Made by a program: the position numbers and the translations under genes. This document shows positions 35,947 to 49,460 of a stretch of DNA of 64,000 bases, piece after piece; the stretch's first letter is position 1, and every line of letters begins with the position of its first letter. The stretch is from Phoronis australis (lineage: Eukaryota; Animalia; Phoronida): NCBI GenBank assembly GCA_002633005.1, contig NMRA01000164.1, positions 261,452 through 325,451 of the forward strand, written 5' to 3'. The notes under the pieces are model-generated. The model worked only from the letters and a program-made list of their open reading frames with translations, did no database searches and was not told the origin of the DNA.

Positions 35947-37433
35947 TTTTTTTGATGTATTTTACTCATTTTTTTCTTACCTACTGCAATTGCCTTATTT
36001 AGCACATAAAATGGTGGAACAGTCATAAAAAATTCTCGTCAGGATTGGACATCGAGAAAATTGACTATAACTATTTTATAATTCACAACATCTGTGTTTA
36101 TTTTATAGTCAGGCTTTTAAAGATTGAAAATTTACATGTTTATTTTTTGCAAAGTAGTTGGAGTATTACAATGTATTTTTTAACATGGCAAAAGTAGCTA
36201 TGGCCTTAAACTCACTTTGTTCCACAGTCTCCAAATGTAGTTTTTGTTTACTTGATTGAAACTGTTCACTCTGTGAACTGTGATGCATTTTTCTACTGCC
36301 ACTATATTTGTACCAAGTTATTTTTAGTTATTAGTTTTAACTGTTGTGAGATTCCCATTTGATTATTCATGTGAGAGGTATTCCAAATAGTGTTTTATAA
36401 ATTCTAAAGAAAAAATGTTTTGATAAAGGAATGTAATGGGTTGGCCCGAAAAAATTGCGCTTGGGGCATTTTTTCCATTTTATGCAAAAATACCTTATGT
36501 TCTTCTAACTGAAGATTGAACCTGTTATGAAATATTTTACATTCCTGAATTGCAAATATTGAAACTGTTTTTATGCATATAGATGATCTGTGATATTCTT
36601 AAATGAGGAACATATCCTGCTAAGATTTGTTGCAATAACCATTCCAACTCTCATGTCTGAATACATGTGCATGCTGTATTTAGCTCCTGGGGGCCTGTTC
36701 TGTTGTGACAGATTTGTGTTTGTACTCATCATTTATATGGTATCATAAGGCTTCGATTTTGGGGCCAAATATCGACCCCATTCCACTTATGAAAACATTC
36801 CCTCCCAAAGCCTAAAATCTTCCCCCCAGTGATTAAAAAATTCTCCTCAAATTTAAAATCACTTCTGCAAAACGTTGATTTTGGTTACTTGAGGCATTGT
36901 CAGTGAGGGGTGGCGACCTGAGGGGGGGTGGAATGGCGTCTTTCCCCTCATGTGAGCGAGGACCCTGACCCTGGATATTGAGAAGTAGCCTTACCTGTGA
37001 CAGTCTTTATCATTCTATGTTTTTTCGTCCGTCTGACTTGATTTGCTCAAAGGATCTACGGGGGCACCATGCAAAAATTTTGGTTTGCATTTTTTAGAAA
37101 AAATGTGTGTGGGTCACCTTCTTGGGATACTTACAAGAACATTGTGCAAAAATGCAAGATTCCACATGCCTTCGTCAGTGACATGAACATTCCTAGCTTT
37201 TCTTGCATTTACAGAATGCAGCCTAGGTCTCTTTTTCTTTATCAAAATCTGTGAAAAAATCACAAAGTTTATTGTCCTATACTTCACCTGGATATGGTAC
37301 GGTACTATTCTCCACTTATTTGACTCAACAAATTGCCACAATTGTCATTTTCTGTTTTTTTTAAAGGCTGGTGACTGCAAATTATGGAGAATTTACCAAA
37401 AGTTCTTTTGTTACATCTACACAATACAAACTG

Positions 37434-38574
37434 TGGTAGTTATAGACTAAGATTTTCTTGATCTATATTTATGTGGAGAAACTTAACAAATAGAATTTCA
37501 CCTGTCTGCCTAATGTGTGATAACTGAGTGAGGTATTACTGTTCGCTTGTCCCAAACACTCTGTCAGTTGAACTTTGTGTTTCGAGGTCCCTATCAAGAT
37601 TATTGGCTGCCCCCCACATGTTTTGGTGACATTTGCACCTTTTCCACCACCATAAAAACAAAGTAAAGCTTTCTATTAAGTTACTTCTGTTGAGAAATTT
37701 GTGAAAATTAAATTAGTTGTCACTCATGTTGTGTCCTCAAACTGAAGAATTTTTATGGTATATGTTCATCTCTCCAGAACTTTTGAAGCTAAAGTTCTGA
37801 AATTTTGCTGACATTGAATCATAAAAGAGGTCAGTGTTCTGTTCTGGTAGGGTACTGTTGGGTGTTGAACTTAAAAAGGCAGTGGTGCAGTGATGCTGGA
37901 AATAAGATACACCAAGATTGGTTTCACTAGCATTTGGTGGGATTACTGAAATTGTGTCTATGTAGTTAAGTAGTATAGCATTAGTTAATGGGTTAACAAT
38001 ATTGGGTGTGTCTTATCTGTGAACTATCAGGTAATCAACAGTGATGTCAAAGCTGGTCAATTTAAATATTGCCAGCTACTGGACCTTGGCCAGTCAGTCT
38101 TGCCTACTAATTATTGTGTTTGGATCTATGTTTTGAGTTGTCAAACCTTTGACAATGTTGTGAAGCTTAGTCATTCTGCTTCATTGCACAATAAAGTCCC
38201 ACTAATTTTGGACAACATTAATTGCCAAAATTGATCTTTTGCATTTTTGAAAGGCTTCTGACATTGCTGTGAATGCTCACTGTTTATCAGACATTGTCTG
38301 GTGGTATGCTTTATTTTAAACCAAAAATGATGAAAAGCTTTTGTGTGGTACCTGTCATATTGCGCTTGCCCACCACCTTGTGTCCTAAATCAGTCAGATT
38401 TTACAGAAGCTAAGGACTTGAACTACTCAATTTTAGTGTAAACTCATACCGAATGTTGGTGCAATTTATAGTAAAATGTCACCTATTTAGGACGAAATAA
38501 GGTAGACAGGTGAAATTTTGCTGTAGTACTAAAATAGTGCTTTGTCATATTCAAGTTCTGCACTATAGCTACCA
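37434..38574. mobile_element. Old foldback-type element with long diverged inverted repeats
   Basis: AATTTCACCTGTCTGCCT (37494-37511) vs AGGTAGACAGGTGAAATT (38500-38517), and TGGTAGTTATAG (37434-45) vs CTATAGCTACCA (38563-74), at matching offsets. True ends lie further out. Confidence 0.5.
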
Positions 38575-41500
38575 AGAGACAATCTTTTGAAAAATGTTGA
38601 CATTCACAACAATTGTAGAGCTTTTGAAAATCATAAAGTGCAATTTGTCGATTTGTTTGAAAGTGGTGAGATTTTGAAACCTATTACCTTATGATGCTCA
38701 TCAGAATGGGGTCATGTTTTTCAAAGTAAAGAATAATATGGGAATTTAAGTCATTTTTAAGTCCTGGTGGTGCATCTGCAAAATTGCCGCCACCTTACAG
38801 TCATGTGACTCTGGCTGAACTGTGGTTTTTATAAATTTGGAAGAAATCTAATAGTGAACTAATACTTTCATAGCTGTATTTTATGAAATGTTTCAATTTT
38901 AGTGATATCCTTAGCTTGGAAAAACTCATTCCGTATTTTAACTGGTGAAAACAAAAATAGAAATTACAGTCATTCCAACTGCATAACCCGGCCTAATTAT
39001 ATTATGAATTGTTAGATGGTTATGCTTTCTTGTTTTCAAATATTGGTTTTTGAACTGACTTTTTTTCATTTCAATCCAGTTAATGTAAAAACCCAGGCAT
39101 TTTTTGCATATTTAGCATTGTGGTGCTGAATTCTGGTTTGTATGGAAAATGATGGATATCGTTTGGACTTGACAAGTTTGAGCAAATGAAAGAAGGTTTT
39201 GTTTGAAGCCAGATAACTATTTTGTGCATTCTGATCCACTTATATGAAAATTCTACTGTAAGGAGTGGATTTTTTTCTTCTGTTCATGTCCCTGTGAGGG
39301 TTTGTTTTGGGAGAAGTTACTTTTATTTGTTTATTAGATGCCTCGTGACAAGTTAAGCAGTCACTGAATAATTCCTTTCTGTGTATTGAAAATTTTTCTT
39401 AAAATCATTAGGAAATTATTTTTTTATAGTTTTTTAGTTTGTTAAAAATAACTTTTGGCGTTTTAGGTCATTGTTCACAAATTTATTGTGAAGTTTGAAA
39501 CTAACATGTGTGTGTTATTACCTGTGTGTCTGCAAGTAACCACCGTTATAAACAGTATTGGTTTGAGAAATTGAGTTTGCTTTTTTGGTTGGTTTTTGTT
39601 CAGTTATATGTAGGTATATTGCTTTGGTGCCTGTTTGGTGTTTATTGTTGTTGTTTCCTGAGCAGAAGTGTTCGTGTTGTTTAAGAACAGTCCTTTGTTC
39701 TCGGTATCCTGCATTCCAATATCAGTGTTGACTGACATTCCGGTGTTGGTTGTCGTTATTTCTTCCTCCGTGCCCCTGCCGCTAATTTTAGAGTGTATAA
39801 AGAACTCGATTTCTGTGTTTCTCTATGAACAATTTTAACCAGTGTCTACCGTCAGTATTCAGAAACCCGCGTAGAAGAGAAAATTTGATGAATGATGGTA
39901 CTGTTGAAGTGACTAAGGTTTCTGGGACTTGCAAAACTACTCCTGGCCACCGGCAATATTCCCATCAATGGAGGACTATTATGAATCAAAAAGAAAATCT
40001 CACATTTTGTCGTCTTGTACTTCGTGACTTCGCGTGTCAGCTTTGGTCACCTCATGTGCATGTTGTGTGAGTCGCCGTCTGTGGATTGCAGGCTTTTGTT
40101 GAATCATGTGCATTGTTTTGTGTACTGTGTATCCTACTTTTAATTAAATCACCCCCACCCNATCACCCCTTGAAGTTGAATTTGCTCATGTTCTGAGAAA
40201 CTTCTGGCTTCCAGTTAACAGTTATACTGCTTTGGAATTTTGTGTATACGATCCACATAGCAGTCACATGTACGTTTGCATATTCGTGTGTCATGTAAAA
40301 CGCATTATTGTGTACGTGTTTGTAACTGTTGAATCAAACAGGGTTATAATTACTGTGCATCACTGCGGTACTTCGTATTAGCTGTGCCTTAGAAATCGAC
40401 TGTAAACGATGAATTGAATTGCACCTGAAATATACAATATTCTGACTTGAAACTTGTCATTCCATTGTTCCTATGTCTGTAGGCCCGTTCAAATGAGTGT
40501 TGTTTCCGGATTTTTTCCGGGATCCTGAAAGTTTATGGCATGAACGTAGAAACTGCGGACTTGTTACCTCTGTTCTCTCAAATGGAAATTTGCAGAAAGC
40601 ATTCCGCCTACAAGGGAGTCGCATGTACGGGCCTTTTGTGTGTTGTTCATTCGTCTGTATTATATCGAAGACCGGGAACATTTACTCCCGTTGCCCTATG
40701 TGGTCTTTTGCTCATGTTTAGCGCTACTTCGATCGAAGCAAGACTTACCGGCATAATGACCAATCATCTTAGTCTGTTGACGTGGCTGAATCGACAATGT
40801 CAATCAAGTACAGACGTGTCCGTTTACACCACAAAAGTTGACACGGATCACTTGACACGTAACGAGATGATCGAGCGCAAATTTGTGTAAACAGGACTCA
40901 CACGGAGCAAATCGTCATTTGATGTAACCTCAGCAGTCATTGGTTAGCTTTACAACACCGTGAAAAAGGGCGGACTATGAACGATTTTTAGCCTTGTCAT
41001 GCAAGTGGCATCGCAGCAACTATTTTGTTTCTGTAGTGATGTTTAATAGCCGCGTGCTTGAAGCACATACATGTACAATAAACACATATCTGGCCGATTT
41101 AACGGTGTGTTATTCATACTGTATGAATACAGGACAGTATCGTAAACAAAAGTCATCGACAGTAGAAAGATGCACAACGAAAAGGCGCAACCACAATTTC
41201 TAGGATTCACATTTCCTGAACATTAATTTTAAGCACCGATTTGTCTGCCCAACAGACCACATTTACACTTCAGGCCATCAGTAATGCCAGTTTGTTTGCG
41301 TAAAGCGCTGCCTGTTGAGAATTCGACAAGCCAATCAGAAACGCCGGTGTAAAAAAATTCCCAAGGAAAATTAAGTGATACCTGCGTGCTGGGCTGGCTA
41401 CCGATCACCTACCGGCACGCAGAGAACCAGCGAGTTTCGTCTGTTGACTCCGAGGTAACAACTTTTGTCACCCGTTGGTGAGGTTGAGCAACGTGCGCCC

Positions 41501-43226
41501 GATCGTCTTGCTCCGTGTCAACTATGTCTGGACGCGAAACTGGGGCAAGGTGGAAATATATCTAATGCGCTTGCGCAAAAAACGCTCATAATATGTACAG
41601 TTGCTCAGTGCCATGTCTTCTAATTTTAACCCTGAGCAATATTTATTTCGTTAAGAAATTTTCAGAATATTACACACAGTTGAAAGCCAAGACTGGTTTC
41701 AATTCAAATGCTTGGTTATGTACAATGGCCTAAACACTGATGAAAGTGTTCATCAGCTGATCGAAAAAATAATTGACGCAAAACTCAATGTCACGAATTA
41801 CGTTCACTGGGGGGAATTTACGGTGGCCGAAAGCTGACATTTAAAAATAACATTACGAATAAAACTATTTTTTTTCGTAATGATATTTTTTTCAATGTCA
41901 GCTTTGGGCCACCGCCGGTAGGAATTAGAAGCACCATAACAACTACTACTATACAATAATGAACTGTGGCTTCCCCAATTTGCATCTTTGCGCATGAGCA
42001 CTCCACATAACTGTCTACAACTTCAGCCTTCCCACCGTTTTTGTGTGTAAACGGTTGCTTGACACCGATCTTCTTGCGCCGTGTCAAAAGTTGATGTCTG
42101 AACGGGACTACTTCGTGCTGCAACTCACTGGCTGCATTTGGACTTCGCCGGTTCACCCTGGGACAATATTCCATTGGCCAGTAAGCCGGAAGTCGTCGAG
42201 AACCAATCGGATCGGTGGAATCGGCTCATCCTCAAGTGAAGCAACTGTAAATGCTCCATACTGCATACTATGTACATACTATGCATAGGTAACAAAACAG
42301 GATTATAAAGACTCGCTGTATGAATCCCACTCTTTAGTAGAGAGTAAGCGCTATTTTAATAAAGAGGTACACATTGGTTGGGAACTTCTCTGAAAAAGCT
42401 ACCCTTATGTAGTCGTGGGGTTTCCCTTATCTCATGAGTGAGATTCTTACCATGCAGCATATGTTTAGAATTAAAATCGAATAAAATCCCTTTGAACAGT
42501 AATCCTTTTAACGCAACGAAACCTCAATGCATGATGAAATCCTTTAGTGTTCAAACCCAAAATGTGAACCCTTTCGCCAAGTTGGAAAGGTTCCCTTTCG
42601 TCGGGAATCTGGCCCTGAAAAGGCCGTGCTTCTGAGCGGCATCCCCCGTTAACCACTCCCGCGCCCCCAAGAGCTCTGTACCCGCTGATGAAGTCCTATT
42701 AAATCTGTGAGGCACATCTAGTCAATTCTGACAGAATTTCAATTATCATAAGTTTCAAATTATTTAATTGCGGTCACCTATTATCACTTAATTTAACTTC
42801 CATGAAGTGAAGTTCATTAAATGACGTCATCGTGGCAGTTATGGTTACGTAAAACCTCAGTATCCCCTTACACTCCTAACGAAGTGCAACGGTCGCTATT
42901 GCTCTGGATGTTTGATTGACGCCTCGGGCCATGGTGTAAAACGAAATTGACTGTCCAGTTTCAGCTCGGGCTATTTTAGTTGGTGTCCTTGTCAGAATAC
43001 GCTACCATGGTGGAAATTTTGGGTACAAGGACCAATATGTGATAAAATTTTGGCGGACTTAGCGGGCCTGGGACCCTTCAAGAACAGGAAAACGAAAACG
43101 ACACTCATCCAGGGTTGTTGGGAACGGTTTTCCTGGGAAATACTCGATCGCACCCACACTAGCGAAAATATACTGATCAGACAGATTCGTCTTATGATTG
43201 CGCGTACCTTCACGCTACTTTCATCA

Positions 43227-43912
43227 TAGCCAACACGTAGCCCCTCGATTGGCTGGTCGGTTAGCTGGATAGGAGCTACAATACCTCCCATCGCTTTCTG
43301 TACTAATTTCGTCCCGTGTATTTTAAACGAGCGGTAGGCGGAATCCGCTCACTGACTAAGAGGTTTTCACATCTTCAAAATTCATTTTCCACTTTAAAAA
43401 TTTCTCTTTTCAGCGATACTTTTTGGTTCTGTACATTTCTTTGATGAGGCATGGAACCACAACTCCACTTTTTTGGTCGCCGTTAACTTTTTCACCGCGC
43501 CCGCGCGCGATAACCACAAAGTATTTCAACTGAGTCACGTGAGTTAGGCAAAGGATAGCGCGACACGGAGTGAAGCACGTGACCTGGCGCGTGACACTTG
43601 CAAAACAGCATGTGACGATATCAGCTGCATTCATTGTAAGATTCGTGTCCCTTGGACTTTTTGTTCGTCAACAGGCGTGATTTCTCGTAACTTCCTCAAA
43701 ATGGCACTCGGTGAGAGAAACTCGAGCCAAGTTATGTTGACTAAATTGTATCCAGAGTCATAGTATGTGTTTTAACATGCATGTTATAATTAAAATTATA
43801 GCATGCATGTCTCATTCCATTTTATTTGCTGTATTTTTAAATGAATAGGTTTTATGGGGATGTGCTATCGTCCCTGTATACCTGTGGCATTCAGGGGCAA
43901 TATAATTGCCTG
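43227..43912 (-). mobile_element. Uninterrupted copy (~690 bp) of the TAGGCAA 9-bp-TSD element
   Basis: Reverse complement aligns to 20072-~20500 plus ~22340-22473. Ends CAGGCAAT...GTGTTGGCTA; partial TSD TTCATCA on both sides. Confidence 0.8.
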
Positions 43913-46136
43913 GAGTTCATCATTGAGTGACTTAATCGTTTCTGTCAATTACAAACAAAAAGTGCCAAAAAGTAATAACATGGGTTTTCTGAAAAGAGAT
44001 GTCTAATTTTGAAAGTATGTTTTCATGTGATTACTTGATACATCGAAAGTTCATTAAATAACTTTGCATTTTAGGCTTTTCGTTTAAAAACGCATTAAAC
44101 ACGTGCTTTCTGTCAGTTTTAGTTGATTTAGGTCACTTACCGTTGTGACAGTGGACTCAATTCGTTCCTTAATCAAAAATAGGCGGATTAGTTTCCTTGA
44201 AAAGAACTGAGATTTCGTTATTTTTTCAAGCCTAAGTCATGAAATTTCAGATCAAGCTACGACTTGAGGTCTTGTGAGCTAGGTCTGATAACGAGTGTCA
44301 GTTCCTCTCCTTCCCAGGGGTTACTTCTTAAGAGAATAAGGAAAAAGAAAAGGCCAATTTTTAACTTATTTTTTGCAAAACCCCAACTCAACAAAATGTG
44401 AAATCCAGTAGTGTTCTTGGAAAGAAAGTATCTTTGCGAAGTTCTGAATCCGCAAAGTAAGCCACTTCGTTTAAAATTAAATCTGAAAACTAAGATGAGT
44501 AAGGCCGCGAAAAAATCATCTCAGCGGCATGCCATCCGGTACGCACACCCTCTGCTAGTGGAAAAAGCTGATTTTGATGATACTCCAAAAATCTACTGTG
44601 CTCACCAACTCGGTGCTTTCATCATTGAGTGATGTCAATGCCCTGTATAAAATGGTATTAAAAATATAAATTGAGTTAAATAATTGCAGCCTCGGATTGC
44701 AGGATGTCTGATCTTGGATGTTTGCTGTCCGAACCGGCGACGATGGCACTGGGATCACCGCGACAGTCGAGCAAAGATTTGAATGAAAATAACTCGGTGC
44801 AACACCATGCTAAGTTACGAAGGTTGTGAAATTACAAAAAGACCGAGTGTCTAAAACTCCACCATTTTACCTTTATCTATTTCTGAAGAACAGAGGTGGG
44901 TTAACATTTTAATTTATTTTCATCCGAACATCCCCTGTCTTGACCACGTATATTGAAATTATGCTGTCAGTAGGAAAATAAAAAGTTCACATCTTGTCAG
45001 TCCCCTTCGTCTTCATTCATTCACTCGTTGCGCTCTGACAGGAAGAATTAGTACTGGTCATTTATTTACAACTTACAGTGTTCAACAATATCCGGATTAA
45101 TTTGCATTTTGACAACTTGATGTAGTGATCGTTGGGTATCACACGATTTGTACATTTTATTCGCTAATTTGCTAATAATGACAACAATATTTCAGACTGA
45201 ACGTGAATATGTTTGGTAAAAACAATTTTATGACGTCTAACTGCAACTGAAAACTGTTTGGATGAAAATTTCAAATTTCATTCGTTGAGAACTTACAAAC
45301 CTCGCTGCGATCATGTTTTCTATATTCTGTCTGCGGATGTTTATTCTTTCGTCACGTTTGCTCTCAACAAATGTTCATTAGTATTTTAAATCACCTGTTT
45401 GAATTCGGCACACTCCTTGGGATATTAACTCTTCCCCGGGGCTATAAGCTCAATACGAGTACAATCACTTTAGCCGACTGGTGTAATGGGATGACGCACG
45501 GTGGTCTCACCGGCCACAATGATCATTATTTGAGGCGTTTGTTCAGGACATGAAAACTGTCATAAATCTATTGAAATCTAGTCCCTGTGTGCAGTACAGT
45601 CCGACAATATGTTAATTAGAGCGGAGATAATGAAATCTACAAGCGAATAACTATCAATTTACATGAGAAATGATAAGCAGTGAAATGAAGAAGGAAAGAA
45701 AAGATACCGCAAGGTTACACAATATTCACTGTTTATGACTAAGCGGGTTAAACCATTTCCACAAGAGTAGACTATTGTAAAATAGCTCCAATTTTGCTCT
45801 GTTTTAGTATACAAGATTATAATTTTGTTGCAATAATATCCGTCTCGTGTGACGTAGTTCAACAGTAGAAAATGCGAAACTTTTTTAAGGACGAACTTCA
45901 CACTCTTTAAAGGGAGATGAAACTTCCCAGAACCCCTTTGCGTTCATTGCCCACGTAAACAACAAATCAGAGTCCAAAACAATTACTGTTTATTGGGGAA
46001 GCCCATTTAAATATTCGACCACCTCTATGACACACAGACTGAATTTGCACCCTGCCAGAAGTGAAAACGTGGAAGCTGAGCGCTGCACTTCAATATTACA
46101 GGTAAAAATATTTTATGTACAAAGCAGTGTCTCAGT

Positions 46137-46189
46137 TAGGCAATGACCATCGCCTCTGTTGGGCCAACAGAGGCGATGGTCATTGCCTA
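46137..46189. mobile_element. 53-bp perfect palindrome (26-bp arms, 1-nt spacer) flanked by a 9-bp TSD; minimal TIR-only element
   Basis: TGTCTCAGT-[TAGGCAATGACCATCGCCTCTGTTGG-G-CCAACAGAGGCGATGGTCATTGCCTA]-TGTCTCAGT. The arm resembles the terminus TAGGCAATGGCATCGCC at 20072. Confidence 0.85.
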
Positions 46190-46423
46190 TGTCTCAGTAG
46201 GAGTACATTCATCATATTTGTTATGGTGGCATGTCGCGATTCTCTTGATGCATTTTTACAAGAATTAACGATGTACACTAAGGTATAAATTATTCCTTGA
46301 TTTTCGTGTACTATTGGAATTATGTGCATTCGCACATAACGTGCTAATTGTTGCAACGAACACTGCTTATTGCAGTATAACAAGTGTTAAACATTGTAAT
46401 CTCAAATTCATTCATTTATAAGG

Positions 46424-47961
46424 ATGCCGGCTTCCCGACCAAAGAAGAATCATGAAAAAGTTCGACGAAAATATCAACGATACGCCAAACCTCCATACTC
46501 CTACGTTGGTATGGTTATAATAGCCATAGAAGCGTCGCCCACGAAAAAGTTGACCCTGTCGCAAATTCTACTTGAACTCCAAAAGATGTTCCCTTTCTTC
46601 ACGCAAGGCTACACGGGGTGGAAAGATTCTGTAAGGCACAACCTGTCCAACAACGATTGCTTTGTTAAGGTAAGGAACAATGTTATTTTTGCCTAAACGT
46701 AAGAAGTTTTTGAAAAATTCTAAGATTGATGTTTTTGTTCAAATTGTTATGTCAAGATTTTCCAGATTGAGTTTTGTGTGAATTTATTGACACCGTCCGT
46801 GTTTGTTTGGCTTAACATTAAATGTGATGCTAGAAAATTGTAATACTTCTTTTCTTTTTTTTGTTTTTTGGAAAAAAAGGTATGTAGCAATTTAAAAATA
46901 AAATAAAGTTAGGATCTCAATTGGTAGTTAGCATCCGTAGAAGTTTAATGATAAGCAAGCCACGCTGAAAATTTGTTAGAAATTGTAAAGATTTAAAATA
47001 ATTCTGGTTAATATCAGGCAATTAATATAGTTAATGTCGTCAAATCTCTTCGTCTTAGTCTTAAAATTTTATTTTATGTTATATTTAGTGGTATACCTGT
47101 GTACCTAAGGCTTAAGTGCTAGTTACCTTGAACATTTTAAGCCTGTTTGAAATTGTATTTTAGTTTCTATTAGATTACAATGTTAAACGTGTTCTGTGTT
47201 TTAAGGTTTTGCGTGACGAACGTAACACCACAGCGAAAAGAAACTTTTGGTCCGTCGACAGTAAGCGTATTCCGTTCGACGCATTCCGACGACAAGAAAC
47301 TACCATCGCCAGGAATGGAAACTATGCTCAAGATTTACGGGACGAAGCGAGGAGTTATACGGACAAACATGCGGCAGCCTTCTTCGGCGTAGTACTTCAG
47401 GAACACAATGAAAATAAACCTACTCACAACGGACCAGAGTGTTCGTTGGTGACAGCGGAGGAAACGCTGACGAACTGCGACAATTATGTCGACGTCGTTT
47501 CTGTTGATTTCGAGTCTGACACAAGTTACGATGACAGAAAAGTGTTGGAGGAGAGGAACCAACTTACAGAAACCGTAGCAACGCAAACATCATTGCCCTT
47601 TTCGATAGAGAACATACTGTCGGACAATTTCAAAGGCAAGAAATCAGTTTCGCCCATCATTGATGATCAAGAGATAATCCCCAGCATCCCATTATCCTGC
47701 ACTTGCAATTGTGTGAACATAATGCACAATTACCCGTTTGAAGATTTCTCGAACAATTGCTGCAGGAGCGCTGCCGACTACAGTCTGGGCCACATTCAGC
47801 CTCTCGCCGCGTCTCATTGGGTTCGTCCATTCCAGACTATGCCGCGTGCGATCATGTCGCCTGTAACCGTCCCCAGCCTCTCACCGCCACTGTTGTCTCG
47901 CACTCGACCATTGTATAATCCGCTTGAACATTTCGCCGACTATGTTCTGGCTTATTCATGA
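46424..47961 (+). CDS. FOXH1: Forkhead box H (FoxH1/FAST-like) transcription factor, ~333 aa, 2 coding exons
   Basis: Exons 46424-46669 and 47206-47961 (phase 0, GT-AG). Forkhead domain [14 protein letters not shown]...[27 protein letters not shown]|VLRD...[23 protein letters not shown] has the FoxH-specific GWKDS and the IPxxAxRxQxT extension. EH1 motif FSIENIL at 47599-47619. AATAAA at 47988. Confidence 0.9.
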
Positions 47962-48454
47962 ACCATCCGATGCTACAGTATTTGAACAATAAACAGAATA
48001 CATGTGCATATTTGTCGTTAATTAGATGTTGGTGATCTTCATATGTGTATTTGGCCTTTTTCTGTTATGTGAATTCCGCGTGCCAATGTTCTGTAAAGAT
48101 AGTTAAGTGTATTTTTGTTAGAAAAAATATTATCATTGGAAGGCACATGTGTTGTTAACATTGATAGATGTTTTGTTGTGAATTTAAACTAAAAATCCTG
48201 TATGTATGTATACCTGTTTGATGTACACGCTAACAAGTCGAGCGCTTAGTTAAGGTTATGTCAGACCTAATGGAGAAATCAGTAGAAATAGCCAAATACT
48301 TTAAAAACCAATTTTTTTTACTTATTACTAATCCGCCATTAAGTCGCATTACTATTAAGTAAAATTTAGCAAAAGAGAAAACTAATTCGTGAAATGATGA
48401 AATTTCCTTTGATTTAAGTGTCCAAGATGAAACCAATAAAACGCTATTATCGTT

Positions 48455-49460
48455 TTTTTAAATTATCATTTCGTTTTCATGTTATCAAACTCAGAAATCT
48501 TAAAAGTCCAATTGTTGATACACCTTCACACTAAAGTGGAACATTTCAAATACAATTTCTTAATAGCGTTCTGGGGAGCAGTGCTTTAAGAATAACAATT
48601 CTGAGAATTTTCAGATAAATCCGATGAGCCATTTTTGAAAGATGATGTTCTAAAGTAAGTCAAATTTGAATATTTTCTAATGTGCTACATAACCCTAACT
48701 CTGTATAAACGCGCTTGAGGCGGTCTCTGAGCAATTAGTATAACTGGACGTAATTAAACTTATTTTGAATAAAATCGCTGATGATTGTTTATTCTGTTAA
48801 CGAGCGTGTTTGTTAAGCAGATTTATTTATATAATGTATGAAATACACTAATTTTTGTATATTAACATTCAGTTTTATGAATCGCCGTACATTTGGGTAA
48901 GAAAGTCGGTGCTACTCTGGATTACCCAGTTTTTAGTAAAGTGTTCCCAAATAAGTTTGAAATCGTCAAGCATAAATAATTTGCCGATACCCCTATTAAG
49001 ACCATATTGACAAGTCAGTGTATATGGTCAAATATGTACAGAACTATCAATTTTACTCAGTAAAAGTACGCATTTTCTGAAACCAAAAAGTCAGTAAAAT
49101 CTGAGTTTTATCTTATACACTTAATTCCTCTGAGCCTTTTTAGAAAATTTTACAAAAAAAAAGATTAATTCATAGCAAAGCAACGGTGTTAATAGCACCA
49201 ATTTTCGTTTGATGTTAATTCAAGATTAAATCTTAAAACGCTCTGACAATTTTTTAAATGATAATTTCGTTTTCACGTTATTCAACTTGCTAGTTTTTCA
49301 TATAAATCATAAAAGTCCTTGGTACCCCTTCATGTAAAAGAGAACATTTTAAATTAATTCGTAACTGTGAGTTGGAAAGTTCTATGAATCCGATCAGCCA
49401 TTTCGGAGATGTGATGTTCCTAAGACAGTTAAATTTGAACATTTTTTAGGGTACTATATT
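48455..49460. repeat. Two diverged direct copies of a ~200-bp repeat fragment (probable MITE relics)
   Basis: ~48455-48690 and ~49250-49460 share ATTTCGTTTTCAyGTTAT...AAAAGTCC...AATCCGATsAGCCATTT...GATGTTC...AAATTTGAAyATTTT. Confidence 0.55.

Noticed and set aside
40818-40897. Short GTCCGTTTACAC...GTGTAAACAGGAC inverted repeat (Harbinger-MITE-like)
   Set aside because: Only ~12-bp arms with no clear TSD or second copy in the window; too weak to call.
41737-41765. CTGATGA...GAAA hammerhead-like string
   Set aside because: CTGATGAA pairs with the adjacent TTCATCAG; no proper stem I/II geometry.
41818-42174. 118-aa minus-strand ORF with a VVDSYVECSC segment resembling a cystine-knot C-terminus
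   Set aside because: The other knot cysteines and a signal peptide are absent, there is an in-frame stop shortly upstream, and no consistent splice sites were found.
42685-42697. CTGATGAAGTCCT, identical to the Penelope-like core at 35.8 kb
   Set aside because: No complementary stem II strand or GAAA follows; at most a truncated relic.
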